Of a DNA stretch of 64,000 bases, positions 1 through 9,230 are shown one piece after another. The number at the start of each line of letters is the position of its first letter. The first letter of the stretch is position 1. Source of the DNA: an uncultured Chloroflexia bacterium (GTDB lineage Bacteria; Chloroflexota; Anaerolineae; Caldilineales; Caldilineaceae); assembly GCA_963765875.1 (NCBI GenBank), contig CAVXYK010000029.1, positions 111,153 through 175,152 on the forward strand. The letters run 5' to 3'. Made by a program: the position numbers and the translations under genes. The notes beneath the pieces were generated by a model. That model ran no database searches and was not told the DNA's origin. It saw only the letters and a list, made by a program, of their open reading frames with translations.

Positions 1-732
1 CTTCAACCTCAGCTGACGTCTTCATGGCAGGTGGTGCAAGATTCGATGTCGAGTTCCAACGTATGCGGGTTATGGCAGTCGTTACAGGTCTCGAAGCCCT
101 CTACGTGGGCGAAATTGCCGTCGTAGGTATCGAAGTCATATTCGTAGCCGCCCTTGGCCAGCGTGCCATACTTGGTTGCGGCAGCCGCGTAGTAGTGGAT
201 ATTCGCGAAACCCAGCTCTTCACTGACGGTGTCCACGCTTTCAAGCGCCAGTTCATCAATGGCGGCGTTGACGCTTACGCTTCGACTCACGGCCCTGATG
301 ACATTCCATACAGCGCGCCTCAGCGCCCAGTCCGGTCAATTCGAGGCCGGAAGGCATAATAACGCTGTCTTTGTGCATGGTGGCATCGTTGTGGCAGGTG
401 ACGCATTCAACAACCTCGGCCGGATCGACCGGTACGGGGCTGTTGACTACGCCGAATTCACTGCCATCGACGCCGTGGAAATCCAGATAGCCGCTGGAAC
501 TGTGGCATTTGGCGCAGTTTTCCGGTACCTCGGCAGGATCGTCTTCATCCCAATGGCGGAAGGCCTCGGCCTCGCTATCGGCATGACCAGATCCCATCCA
601 GTCGAGCAGGAATGGTATTTCGGGCTGAAGCTCTTCTGCTTCTTGAGCAAGTGCGACGCCACTTCCGACGCCCAGTGCGCTCATACAGACAAGTACGACG
701 AACAAGCCTGCGAGCAGTAATATTCGTCTCAT
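1..732 (-). CDS. Multiheme c-type cytochrome with signal peptide; 3' end runs off the window; apparent frameshift at 256-290
   Basis: Minus ORFs 256..732 and 9..290 read as one protein. Signal peptide MRRILLLAGLFVVLVCMSALG. Heme motifs CAKCH, CVTCH, CMECH, then CNDCH, CTTCH in the second frame. The frame switch lies inside the 35-nt overlap, and the ORF is still open at position 9. Confidence 0.7.
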
Positions 733-1025
733 GGTTCTCTCCTCTGGGTAGGTTGTTTATTTAGCCCGATTGGGCCTCAAGCCGGCAACCTAGTTGATCA
801 AATAATTGAACGGAATTCTTGTCAGGCATTCGTCCTTTCGTGGCTGGTTTCGAATGTAAGCGATGAATATATTTGATTGCATCTTGCCGGAAAAATTAAT
901 GCGTCTTTAATGTTCTACTAATCATATCAAATCGTGGAGAATATTACAATCTCGGTTTCTCCCCTTTTGTCATACGCCCAACATGCGCAAATTCCACACC
1001 ATCCACAGTCAGCGATTCCCGCTGT

Positions 1026-1892
1026 CTACTTGGGCTCGACTGTCGGCGTCAGCGGCACGAAGACCTCAACATCCTGGCGTGGTACAGTGGTGATGGCCGT
1101 CGTCTCAATGGTCAGAAACCGATAGGCACCCAACAACATCACCGTCGTGAGAACGATCGCGATCGGCCAATAAACCAGGTTTCTTCGCCGCACAACGTTT
1201 TGCGGCGGCCGGACCACCTTGACGCCCTGTTCAATTTCTGCAAGTTCCAGTTGATGCTCTTCTTCCATGACATGACGATCGATGTATCCGTTGAACATGC
1301 TCTTGTTGAAGTGCTTGAGGTGAACGTTGTACAGATGCCAGGAGAGAATTGAGAGCGTCGCCAGTAAAGCCTCGGCGCTGTGTGCGGCCTTGGAGGCCGG
1401 AATGATCTGTCCAGGCAGATATTGGGTCACCAGAACCGGGTTCCAGAGCGCAAACCCGGTGATTATCATAATCACTGTTCCCCAGATCACGGCCCAATAC
1501 TCAACCTTCTCGCCAAACGTATAGCGACCCATTTGCGGCGCTTCAGACGTCAACCCAAGATTGTAGGTGACCGTGTGGCCGGTGTCTTTGGCATCCTTTG
1601 GGCTGGGCAGCATGGTCAGCGGCAAACGCAGGACAAAGACCTTGTAACTCACCCGACCCAGATGATAGATGGACTCAAAAACCAAGATCGCCGCGGCCAC
1701 ATGATGGATGATGCGTGTCGTCTCGATTCCGCCCATCAATTGAATCGCCCCGTTGCCAAGAAACGAATCGGCATAGCGTTGGGGGATGCCGGTGATCACC
1801 AGCGTCGTGAAGCTCATAATGAGCAGCCCATGTTCGATCCGTGACCAAGTGTTAAAGCGCCAATATCTGGAAGGCTTATTGCTGTTCGCCAT
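1026..1892 (-). CDS. Integral-membrane cytochrome b-type subunit (FdnI/PhsC/hydrogenase cytochrome b-like)
   Basis: ORF 1026..1916. The ATG at 1892 (MANSNKPSRYWRFNTWSRIEHGLLIMSFTTLVITG) overlaps the stop of the upstream cytochrome gene. Several TM helices carry conserved His. Family assigned from motif memory only. Confidence 0.6.
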   Translation of the reverse strand: MANSNKPSRYWRFNTWSRIEHGLLIMSFTTLVITGIPQRYADSFLGNGAIQLMGGIETTRIIHHVAAAILVFESIYHLGRVSYKVFVLRLPLTMLPSPKDAKDTGHTVTYNLGLTSEAPQMGRYTFGEKVEYWAVIWGTVIMIITGFALWNPVLVTQYLPGQIIPASKAAHSAEALLATLSILSWHLYNVHLKHFNKSMFNGYIDRHVMEEEHQLELAEIEQGVKVVRPPQNVVRRRNLVYWPIAIVLTTVMLLGAYRFLTIETTAITTVPRQDVEVFVPLTPTVEPK

Positions 1893-3006
1893 GATCCTCC
1901 TCTTTCTTACGCGCACGTCGTTCTTTGGACGTACGATAGATGTCGCTTCCGATCAACAGCGTGAAGAAGCCAATCGTGATCGGGATGACGATGGCATAGA
2001 ACAGGTCCACCAGGTAGACCAATGTATTGTTCTGCAACGACGGCTTAAAGTGGCTGGTCCATGCATCGGGGAAATTCGTACTCGCATCCGGATGGCACTG
2101 TTGGCAGGTGACAAGCAAGTTTTCGCGGATCACTTGAGAATTTTCATCGCTGGCCGGCAGGATGTTGTGCACGCCGTGACAATCGTAACAGACTGCCTTG
2201 TTGGTCTCCTGATCGGGCGACTGTCTTTCGAAGAGTTCAACGGTCGTGCCGTGGAAGTCGGCCACGTAGGTGTCGAACACATCGGTGGAGATGCCATATT
2301 TGCCCATCATTTCTTCGTCTGCATGGCATTCGGCACACATCTCCGGCGACTGAAGCCTAAACTGGGCCGTCGTTGGATCTTCGATGTGGTGCACGCCGTG
2401 GCAGTCGGTACAGACCGGCACATCCGGATTGTCCTGGCCCATCAACGCCGCTCCGTGGACGCTGTGAGCATACTGATCGTTGATGGTAGAGTGGCATTGG
2501 GAGCAGGTCTGGGAGACACGTTCGCGTGGCTCTGCCGGCATCTGAATATCGTGGTTACCATGACAGTCGAAACAGGTCGCGGCATCGGCTAGGCCGGATG
2601 CATAGGCCTCGGCATGGACGCCGTCACGTTCTGCTTCGTAGATATCGATGTGGCAGTCCCGACACATGCCCTCGTTTTCGAAGTGGTAGCTGCGCAGACC
2701 TGTTAATGTCCTCGTCGGGTGAGGAAACTCGTACTGCTCCACGTTGCTGTGGCAGTCTGTGCAGAGCAATTGGCTATGCTCGTACTGTTCAGTCAGATGG
2801 AAGCCATGAACCGAGTTTTCCAACGTTTCCAGATCGACATTGAGCGGCAACGTGTCGCCCGAAAGCATGGTGATCTCGCTGGTCAGCAGCGTATGGCAGT
2901 TCTTACACTGGGCATCGGCCGGATAGACATGGGTATCGGTATGGCACGTCTGGCAGGTCTGATCCGGGCCCAGATTCGCAACCAGTTCGGCGTGGGTCTC
3001 GGCCAC
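1876..3006 (-). CDS. Decaheme c-type cytochrome with C-terminal TM anchor (probably the distal part of a larger gene, see the in-frame TAG finding)
   Basis: Ten CxxCH motifs (CQTCH, CKNCH, CTDCH, CRDCH, CFDCH, CSQCH, CTDCH, CAECH, CYDCH, CQQCH). C-terminal hydrophobic helix VYLVDLFYAIVIPITIGFFTLLIG plus a basic tail. The track start is a GTG in the same frame as ORF 3061..3573. Confidence 0.8.
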   Translation of the reverse strand: MAETHAELVANLGPDQTCQTCHTDTHVYPADAQCKNCHTLLTSEITMLSGDTLPLNVDLETLENSVHGFHLTEQYEHSQLLCTDCHSNVEQYEFPHPTRTLTGLRSYHFENEGMCRDCHIDIYEAERDGVHAEAYASGLADAATCFDCHGNHDIQMPAEPRERVSQTCSQCHSTINDQYAHSVHGAALMGQDNPDVPVCTDCHGVHHIEDPTTAQFRLQSPEMCAECHADEEMMGKYGISTDVFDTYVADFHGTTVELFERQSPDQETNKAVCYDCHGVHNILPASDENSQVIRENLLVTCQQCHPDASTNFPDAWTSHFKPSLQNNTLVYLVDLFYAIVIPITIGFFTLLIGSDIYRTSKERRARKKEEDHGEQQ

Positions 3007-3060
3007 ACGCTCGTCCTCGTAGGTCTCATGGCAGCTTTGGCAGGTGCCGACTGGGTCGGC

Positions 3061-3573
3061 CTACATGGCGTCCACCGGCTCGGCTTCATGCCCACCGTGG
3101 CAGTCGGTGCAGGTGGGCAGGCCTTCCTTGTCCTCAGCCATCAGATGGCCGGGATTATGAACCTCGCTCGACTCATGGCAGCGCTGGCAATTCTGCGAAA
3201 CATCCGCGGAGAATTCTTGGAGCGTTTCGGCGGGATTGGGCTCATGGGGAAAGCGGTAGCGCTGGGCGCCGCGATGGCAGTCAGTGCAGTAGACGTCCTC
3301 AGCGCTGTGCATACCGTGGACGGACTGATCGAGCGCCATAAGATCTACGCCCAGCGGCATTTCTTCACCGCTAGGCAACGTCATCATGTCCGTTCTGTCA
3401 CCGTGACAGCCGATACAGGCACTGTCCGGCGGAGGTTGGGCAGCCAACACAACGGCCGGCTGCGAGAGTCCGAGTAGTCCGAAAATTGCGATGGCAAATA
3501 GGACTGACACCGTTGCTAGGAGTCGCACACCTAAAATTCGGGCGCGCCTTCGTTGATCCATTGTTCGATCCAT
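3061..3573 (-). CDS. Tetraheme c-type cytochrome segment with N-terminal signal anchor (probably the proximal part of the 1876..3573 gene)
   Basis: TM/signal helix LLATVSVLFAIAIFGLLGL. Motifs CIGCH, CTDCH, CQRCH, CTDCH. Ends at TAG 3061-3063, in the same frame as the downstream decaheme ORF. Confidence 0.75.
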   Translation of the reverse strand: MDRTMDQRRRARILGVRLLATVSVLFAIAIFGLLGLSQPAVVLAAQPPPDSACIGCHGDRTDMMTLPSGEEMPLGVDLMALDQSVHGMHSAEDVYCTDCHRGAQRYRFPHEPNPAETLQEFSADVSQNCQRCHESSEVHNPGHLMAEDKEGLPTCTDCHGGHEAEPVDAM

Positions 3574-5207
3574 TCTAGTTCACGAGGAGCGAGGCTATTG
3601 GGATGCCCCGCCTTCTGTAGTTCGACGAGAAGGCTCTCGTCAGCATTGCCGGGAATGATCGCAGGTCCGAAGTTGCCTCCGTCCATCATCCCTTCGTAAG
3701 TGTCGAGATAGAGGCCGGCTGTGCCGCCATGGCAGGCAACGCAACGCGCCTCGAGGATCGGGCCTACGAGGTCATTCCAGGTTAAATCCGATTCGGGATA
3801 GGTCGGCAACCGAGCGTCAAGCACGTTAGTCAGCTCAACAATACTCGGCGCATTGAAGCCGGCATAAGTCCATTCCGTCGCATGACATGAGCTGTTAGCG
3901 CAGAAGCTTGTATCGCTGATTCCGCCGGGATCGCTGACCGTATGACAACCCTCACATGTGTCATCAAACTCGAAGCGATGGATAGAGATCCAATTGCTGT
4001 CGATGTGCGATTCAGGCTCGAATGATTCCTGCAGGGTCAGGATCGGTGAAGAGCCGTCTTCCGGGCTCTTGACAGGAATCGAATGACAGATGTTGCACTC
4101 AATGCGAATGCTCTCGCCTTGCGGTGTGAGATGTTTGCCATCATGGCAACGGAAGCAGCCGGCTGACTCGCTGTGGCCCAAGTTGTCAGGATGAGATCCC
4201 CAACTTGGTTCCATGGTGGAATACATCATCTTCTGGTAGAGATTCAGCACTTCATCAATTCCGGCACTGAGCGTCTCCTGATTGGCTGCGGTGTAATCCG
4301 GATAGTGCACCTCGTAGTAGCCGTTGAGACCCAGAATGGCACGCTTGGCTTCGTCCATATTGGGGTAATCGCGTTCAAAGACGGCCAGGGCGTTCTGCTT
4401 GAAATAAGGAATCTCCGGTGAGATGACGCCACGCGCCATGGAGTCATCGATCGCTGCACTCGGTGTCGGGAACTGATGGGAGACCCGATTGTGACAGCTT
4501 GTGCAGTCCATCTGCTTGATATTGTCGGCATTCTGCTCGACGAAGTCTGCCGGCAGATCGGCGTCAACATCGATAAATTCCTCAGATTCGCCGGAATCGG
4601 CGTAGTTGACGCGCACCCAGGGAATCTCCTGCTGGAGATGTGGGTCATCGGTGGAAATGTATTCGATGTCATTCTCAATGTGCCAGTGGATTCCCTTGCC
4701 GCGGCCCTCGCGTACGCTGCCGCCACCGGTCTTGAAGGACATATACTGGAGCAACTCCTCATTGTTCTGTTCGGCATCGTAATGCTTGAACTCGCGCAAC
4801 GAATCCGCTGAGAATTTCTCAGGATTGTGGCACTTTTCGCACACTTCAGTGGCCGGTCGGAACGACTTGGTGTAGACGGGCAGATGGTAGCCGGCGCCCG
4901 CATACTTGAGTACGTGGGTAATCTCTTTTGACTTGCGTGTCAACTGGGTGGCGATTGTGGCGCGACCAATGTGGCACTCGACGCACTTGACGTTAGCATG
5001 AGGAGATTCCAGGAATGAGATATACTCGGCCGGCATGGTGTGGCAGGCGGTTCCACAAAACGCATTGCTGTTGGTATATTCCCAGCCCGCTCCCATTATC
5101 AAGAAGACCGTTATCCCCGCGAAAAGAAAGAACGCGTAGGGCATAATGCGAACCCACAGGGGTGACGTCCGTGCGGGGGAAAAAAACCTACCTATGCGTT
5201 CAAACAT
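3531..5207 (-). CDS. NapC/NirT-like membrane-anchored multiheme cytochrome with C-terminal PSCyt1-like cytochrome c domain
   Basis: N-terminal TM helix followed by FCGTACHTMP...CVECHIG (NapC/NirT-like arrangement). Seven canonical CxxCH motifs plus CGTACH and CANSSCH. The C-terminus CVACHGG...IIPGNADESLL...WIEQWINEGA resembles the planctomycete cytochrome c domain. Confidence 0.7.
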   Translation of the reverse strand: MFERIGRFFSPARTSPLWVRIMPYAFFLFAGITVFLIMGAGWEYTNSNAFCGTACHTMPAEYISFLESPHANVKCVECHIGRATIATQLTRKSKEITHVLKYAGAGYHLPVYTKSFRPATEVCEKCHNPEKFSADSLREFKHYDAEQNNEELLQYMSFKTGGGSVREGRGKGIHWHIENDIEYISTDDPHLQQEIPWVRVNYADSGESEEFIDVDADLPADFVEQNADNIKQMDCTSCHNRVSHQFPTPSAAIDDSMARGVISPEIPYFKQNALAVFERDYPNMDEAKRAILGLNGYYEVHYPDYTAANQETLSAGIDEVLNLYQKMMYSTMEPSWGSHPDNLGHSESAGCFRCHDGKHLTPQGESIRIECNICHSIPVKSPEDGSSPILTLQESFEPESHIDSNWISIHRFEFDDTCEGCHTVSDPGGISDTSFCANSSCHATEWTYAGFNAPSIVELTNVLDARLPTYPESDLTWNDLVGPILEARCVACHGGTAGLYLDTYEGMMDGGNFGPAIIPGNADESLLVELQKAGHPNSLAPRELEWIEQWINEGAPEF

Positions 5208-7134
5208 TGCTGCTTCTCCTGGAGCGCACGATGCGCACCACTGAAAAGATCAAAATCCCCAATCCGACCAGTCCCGATAGGGCGTAGAAGCCATAGCGTA
5301 GCCAGAGCCCGGGCGTTGCTACCGGCACATCTACAGGCTGTCCGACGGACGGCAATGGCGTCGGAATGGGCGGTGCGGTTGGGGTCGGTCCGGGACCAAA
5401 GAAAGAGTTGTTGCCTTCCTGTTGTATCACTGAATAATCGATGATTTCCATTGCCCATTGCGGACTCTCACCAAGATCTGTGTGACAGAGATTGCATGCG
5501 TTCGGCATGACCTCCACGCCACCATGGTCAATACTGCCTTGGGGATTCGGTTGCAGGAACGTATGGCTGTGGATATCGTAGTCTACTGCGCTGGTGGCCA
5601 TCTTGGGCATATGACAGTCAGTACAGGTGAAGTCATACTCGGCGCTGGCCACTTCATGATAGGGCATATGCGTGATCAGTGCGCTCTTGTCGCCGTGGCA
5701 GTCGACGCAGAGTTCGTTCACCGGAGCCTTCAGTTGGGCCCGGCCGACACCGCCACCATGGACGGCATGGCATGATGCGCAACTGGTTGTATCGTCCGCC
5801 TGCATGCTATTGCCCGACGTCCAATCCAGGAATTGCTGATTGTGCAGCTTGGCGCTGCCGTCGGGCCAGGAATCCGCCGGATCCGCGGTGAAGGTGAAAT
5901 GGTCGGTCAGTTGATCGCCAGGACGGAAGGTGGCCGGAAAGGGGAATCCGTCCGGAGACATGCCACGGCTATGGCAGGCGCCGCAGACCTGGTCATCGAT
6001 CTGGGCAAAGGGCTTGACATTTTCCGGGTCAGCCACGTGGTCAGTCGACGGACCATGACAGCTCTCACAGCCAATACCAAATTCAGTGAACTCCCAGCTC
6101 TCGGTATCTAACCCCGTGATGTGACAGGTACCGCACGACTCGCGCCAGTCCGTCTCGTCCCAGGTCTCGGGATGATAGCTCGCCCATTCCTCAGTCTCTG
6201 AGTGCCACTCTGCCGGCAACACGTAAAAGCCGCCTTCGCTCCCCGTGATCTGTGCAGCCGACGTGATGTCGGTCGTGGAAGTCAGCCCCACTGTCCCGGT
6301 GATGCCGGATGCTGAGGCGATGCCGGTCGTCACTGTGATAAAACGCTGCATCCACTCGCCGCCGATGGTATAGGCGACGTCGGTCAGTTCGATGGTGCGA
6401 TGCGGGTCGTCCAGCGTAAAATCGGCGACGATGGCATCCGGATTGATCTCTACATCCTGAATCGTGCCGGCGTGGAGCGTGTCGCGCCAACTCAGGTAGA
6501 TGTCCTCATGGCAACCGAGACAGCGTCTGCTGCCACTGAAGTCGACAGCCCCTTCTCCGTAGCCAACACGGCTGTCAAAAAACGATTGCGCCCAGCCATC
6601 GGCTTCATCGGTGTGGCAATCCACACAGCGTTCCGGCATGACATCGACCATCCCCTCAAACGGCTCGACCGCGTGGGCGGTGTGGCAGTCCACACAGGTC
6701 GGAGCGTCCGGACCAGCCTCCAGATCTCCGTGGAACGGGTTGTGCGCATAATGACACGATTCGCAGGTCTGAGACGCTGTCAATGTGTAGGCGCGGCGAT
6801 CAGTGGCTGTGGTCGGTTCGTGGGGAAATCGGTACTCGGTGTCGTTGGTGTGGCAATCGGAACAGGAGATCTCAGTCTCTGATGAGGAACTGTGAGATGA
6901 GACAGAATGTGCCGATTGATCCAACAAATCTAGTGGCACCAACAACGGGAGCGTCTCGCCGGAGGAGAGCGTGAGTTCCCGTTGGTTGTCACCGTGGCAG
7001 CCGCGGCAGGCCAAATCCGGTGGCGACTGCGCATGGCTAGCGCCACCGGTAACTAGACTGAACGCTCCTACCAGGCTCAGAAGGAGCAGCCAACGGACAG
7101 CCGGTATCCTTCTGAACTCGCTAATCCTTTTCAT
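5200..7134 (-). CDS. 13-heme c-type cytochrome with signal peptide and C-terminal TM anchor
   Basis: Thirteen CxxCH motifs, including CTDCHMPK. Start chosen at MKRISEFRRIPAVRWLLLLSLVGAFSLV (ATG 7134); ATGs at 7161 and 7194 are also possible. Pro-rich linker plus TM helix plus RSRR tail at the C-terminus. Confidence 0.75.
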   Translation of the reverse strand: MKRISEFRRIPAVRWLLLLSLVGAFSLVTGGASHAQSPPDLACRGCHGDNQRELTLSSGETLPLLVPLDLLDQSAHSVSSHSSSSETEISCSDCHTNDTEYRFPHEPTTATDRRAYTLTASQTCESCHYAHNPFHGDLEAGPDAPTCVDCHTAHAVEPFEGMVDVMPERCVDCHTDEADGWAQSFFDSRVGYGEGAVDFSGSRRCLGCHEDIYLSWRDTLHAGTIQDVEINPDAIVADFTLDDPHRTIELTDVAYTIGGEWMQRFITVTTGIASASGITGTVGLTSTTDITSAAQITGSEGGFYVLPAEWHSETEEWASYHPETWDETDWRESCGTCHITGLDTESWEFTEFGIGCESCHGPSTDHVADPENVKPFAQIDDQVCGACHSRGMSPDGFPFPATFRPGDQLTDHFTFTADPADSWPDGSAKLHNQQFLDWTSGNSMQADDTTSCASCHAVHGGGVGRAQLKAPVNELCVDCHGDKSALITHMPYHEVASAEYDFTCTDCHMPKMATSAVDYDIHSHTFLQPNPQGSIDHGGVEVMPNACNLCHTDLGESPQWAMEIIDYSVIQQEGNNSFFGPGPTPTAPPIPTPLPSVGQPVDVPVATPGLWLRYGFYALSGLVGLGILIFSVVRIVRSRRSSNV

Positions 7135-8368
7135 TTGCGCTGCCGGCCTGATCTCGATCATGGTAGCCGATGGCGATTTCCTGCAACTCTTCATCCGTCA
7201 GGTTGTCGGCACGACCATCATCCCGATGACAGTTGCGACAGGCAAAATCCAACGCCAGGTATGGCTGCGAGAAAGCGCCGTCCTTGTCGAACTGAGATGT
7301 GGCATGTGGGTTGATGGCCATCAGATGGGTGCGGAGATCGCCACTGAATTGCTCAGGATCGCCCACAGCGCTCTTGGTCACACGCGGCATGTGGCAATCC
7401 ACACACTTGGCATGTCTACGGTCGGTGATTTTCTGGTAGATCTTGTTCTCGAAATGACAGCTTTCGCAATCAGTCTTGATGCCCAATCCACCTGAGGCGT
7501 ATTTGACCGTCTCATGCGGATTGTGGCAGTCGATGCAGCGCATGACGCGCTTCTTGGACTCAAAGAGTTCTTCATACTGCTCGTGATGCTTGATGAAACC
7601 GCCGCTGGCGTCGATCTCGGTCACTTCGCCGCGGATGTGACATTGGCCACAAAGCTCCGAGTCCCGGTCGATGGTGGCCGGCACCTGATAGGGATCGTTG
7701 ACATGGTTACTGCCGGGACCGTGGCATTCCTCACAGCCGATGCCGTCCTCTGCCCAGGTGCCGATTAGGCCCGGCAACCCATCTTGGTTGCCTTCGGGAA
7801 TGTAGCCGGTGGTGTGGCAACTGCCACAATCATAGGGCTTCTCTTCACCGGCATGGTAGGGTACCCAATCATCGCCCATTTTGAGCGTCTTGTTCTCCAA
7901 GTTGTACTGGGTGGCGGCATTCTCGTCGCCGGTGATAATGTAGCCTTCCTGGTCGATAAAGCGGGCCTTCCAACCGTAGCCGCCGATGACGTATAGGATG
8001 TCATCCCACGTGTACCCCTCTGGCGGATCCGACACCTCGGAGAAGGGATATTCAGGTGGCTGGCCGTCAACAACCTTGTTGAGCTTATATGGGTGGCCGG
8101 TCTCCCGATAGGTCGCGTAGAGATCTTCGTGGCATTCCTGACAGTTCTCTGAACCGACGTAGGTAGCAGGAGCCCAGTTCAGCCCATCTTCGCCGACAGG
8201 ACCGGCAGGACCTGCAAGACCTTGCGGACCAGGTGGTCCTGCTTCACCCTGGGGACCGGGCGCACCAGCAGGACCCATAGGACCTGCTTCTGGAGTCTGC
8301 AACTGGCAGCCGCCGCCCATGACCGCTACCATCAGTAGAACAGCCAGCAAAGCTACCGTACGTCGCAT
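7121..8368 (-). CDS. Octaheme c-type cytochrome lipoprotein with N-terminal collagen-like (G-X-Y)11 segment
   Basis: ATG 8368 is preceded by GGGAGGG. Signal plus lipobox MRRTVALLAVLLMVAVMGGGC. GPMGPAGAPGPQGEAGPPGPQGLAGPAGPVGEDG. Eight CxxCH motifs (CQECH, CGSCH, CEECH, CGQCH, CIDCH, CESCH, CVDCH, CRNCH). The track ORF start at 8521 lies in AT-rich leader and is unlikely. Confidence 0.8.
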   Translation of the reverse strand: MRRTVALLAVLLMVAVMGGGCQLQTPEAGPMGPAGAPGPQGEAGPPGPQGLAGPAGPVGEDGLNWAPATYVGSENCQECHEDLYATYRETGHPYKLNKVVDGQPPEYPFSEVSDPPEGYTWDDILYVIGGYGWKARFIDQEGYIITGDENAATQYNLENKTLKMGDDWVPYHAGEEKPYDCGSCHTTGYIPEGNQDGLPGLIGTWAEDGIGCEECHGPGSNHVNDPYQVPATIDRDSELCGQCHIRGEVTEIDASGGFIKHHEQYEELFESKKRVMRCIDCHNPHETVKYASGGLGIKTDCESCHFENKIYQKITDRRHAKCVDCHMPRVTKSAVGDPEQFSGDLRTHLMAINPHATSQFDKDGAFSQPYLALDFACRNCHRDDGRADNLTDEELQEIAIGYHDRDQAGSANEKD

Positions 8369-8662
8369 GTTACCCTCCCGAAAAGAGAATTCGCAAAGAT
8401 GCCTTGTGAAAAAAATAACATTAGTTTGCGTCCAAAAAAAGAAAGAAAAATCTAAAGATCGGTCGGTTACCCTGGATAGGGCAGACAATTCGTGATTTGC
8501 GGTGGGAGAATAATGTGGCATTGATTACAATGTCTGTCTATGATATCCTAACAACAAAATGAAAGCAAGTCCGTTTTGTTCTCCGTTTCAATTCCTGACA
8601 ACAGCAGACAACCCGAATATTTTATCAATTGTTGGCCATTTCGTACCCAGTGGAGGTGACCC

Positions 8663-9004
8663 TTGGCAGAGCTTCAGTGTCCGCATTGCCAGAGTGAAGA
8701 GATCGACCGAGAGGCTCGGCTGGTGGCATCTGACAGGTCGACATCGGTGGGGCGATGGCGTTTGAAGTATGGCCTTGCCAGCGCCATTGGGGCCGGGCTG
8801 TTCGGGCTACTCTGTTTGCTTGCAAGCTGGCTCTGGCTCGAGCCGCCGGCGAATGAAGCGGCCTTCATCATTGCGGTCCTGGCCTTCATTTTTGCCGCAT
8901 TCGTCCTCGGCACAACGCTCGCCTTCTCACGTTGGACTGATGTGACTCAATATCATTGCCGTGCCTGCGATCTGACTTGGATCGAAGAGGTCGAGTCGGA
9001 ATAG
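8663..9004 (+). CDS. Hypothetical small membrane protein with split zinc-ribbon (CPHC ... CRAC)
   Basis: 113-aa ORF with two predicted TM helices between the CxxC pairs. No family recognised. Confidence 0.4.
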   Translation: MAELQCPHCQSEEIDREARLVASDRSTSVGRWRLKYGLASAIGAGLFGLLCLLASWLWLEPPANEAAFIIAVLAFIFAAFVLGTTLAFSRWTDVTQYHCRACDLTWIEEVESE

Positions 9005-9230
9005 ACCTAACATCCTTGAGACATGTCCCGTTCTTTCCGGGACATTTGACCCTTGTTCGCCCTATCCTCTTCCTCTACCCTAGAGCAGCAACAGCGAGAG
9101 CAAACCATCGATCCATGCAGATTTTAAGGCGACTTGGGAATCCGGGTCCGCTGCTCTCGGTGTTTACGTTGTTTTCCCTGGTGATCAGATGCACCACCCA
9201 ATCCACCACCAAGAAGAGAGGTAACAGAGG

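Noticed and set aside
3061-3063. Pyrrolysine or another recoding event at the in-frame TAG of the cytochrome gene
   Set aside because: No pyl genes, suppressor tRNA or recoding signal is visible in the window, so a nonsense mutation or base error is simpler. Kept only as a possibility inside the TAG finding.
1786-3477. Long plus-strand ORFs (1786..2592, 2719..3477 and similar ones at 5458.., 6400.., 6971..) opposite the cytochrome genes
   Set aside because: They are antisense to ORFs with dense CxxCH motifs. They look like typical GC-rich shadow ORFs, Arg/Gly/His-rich and without motifs.
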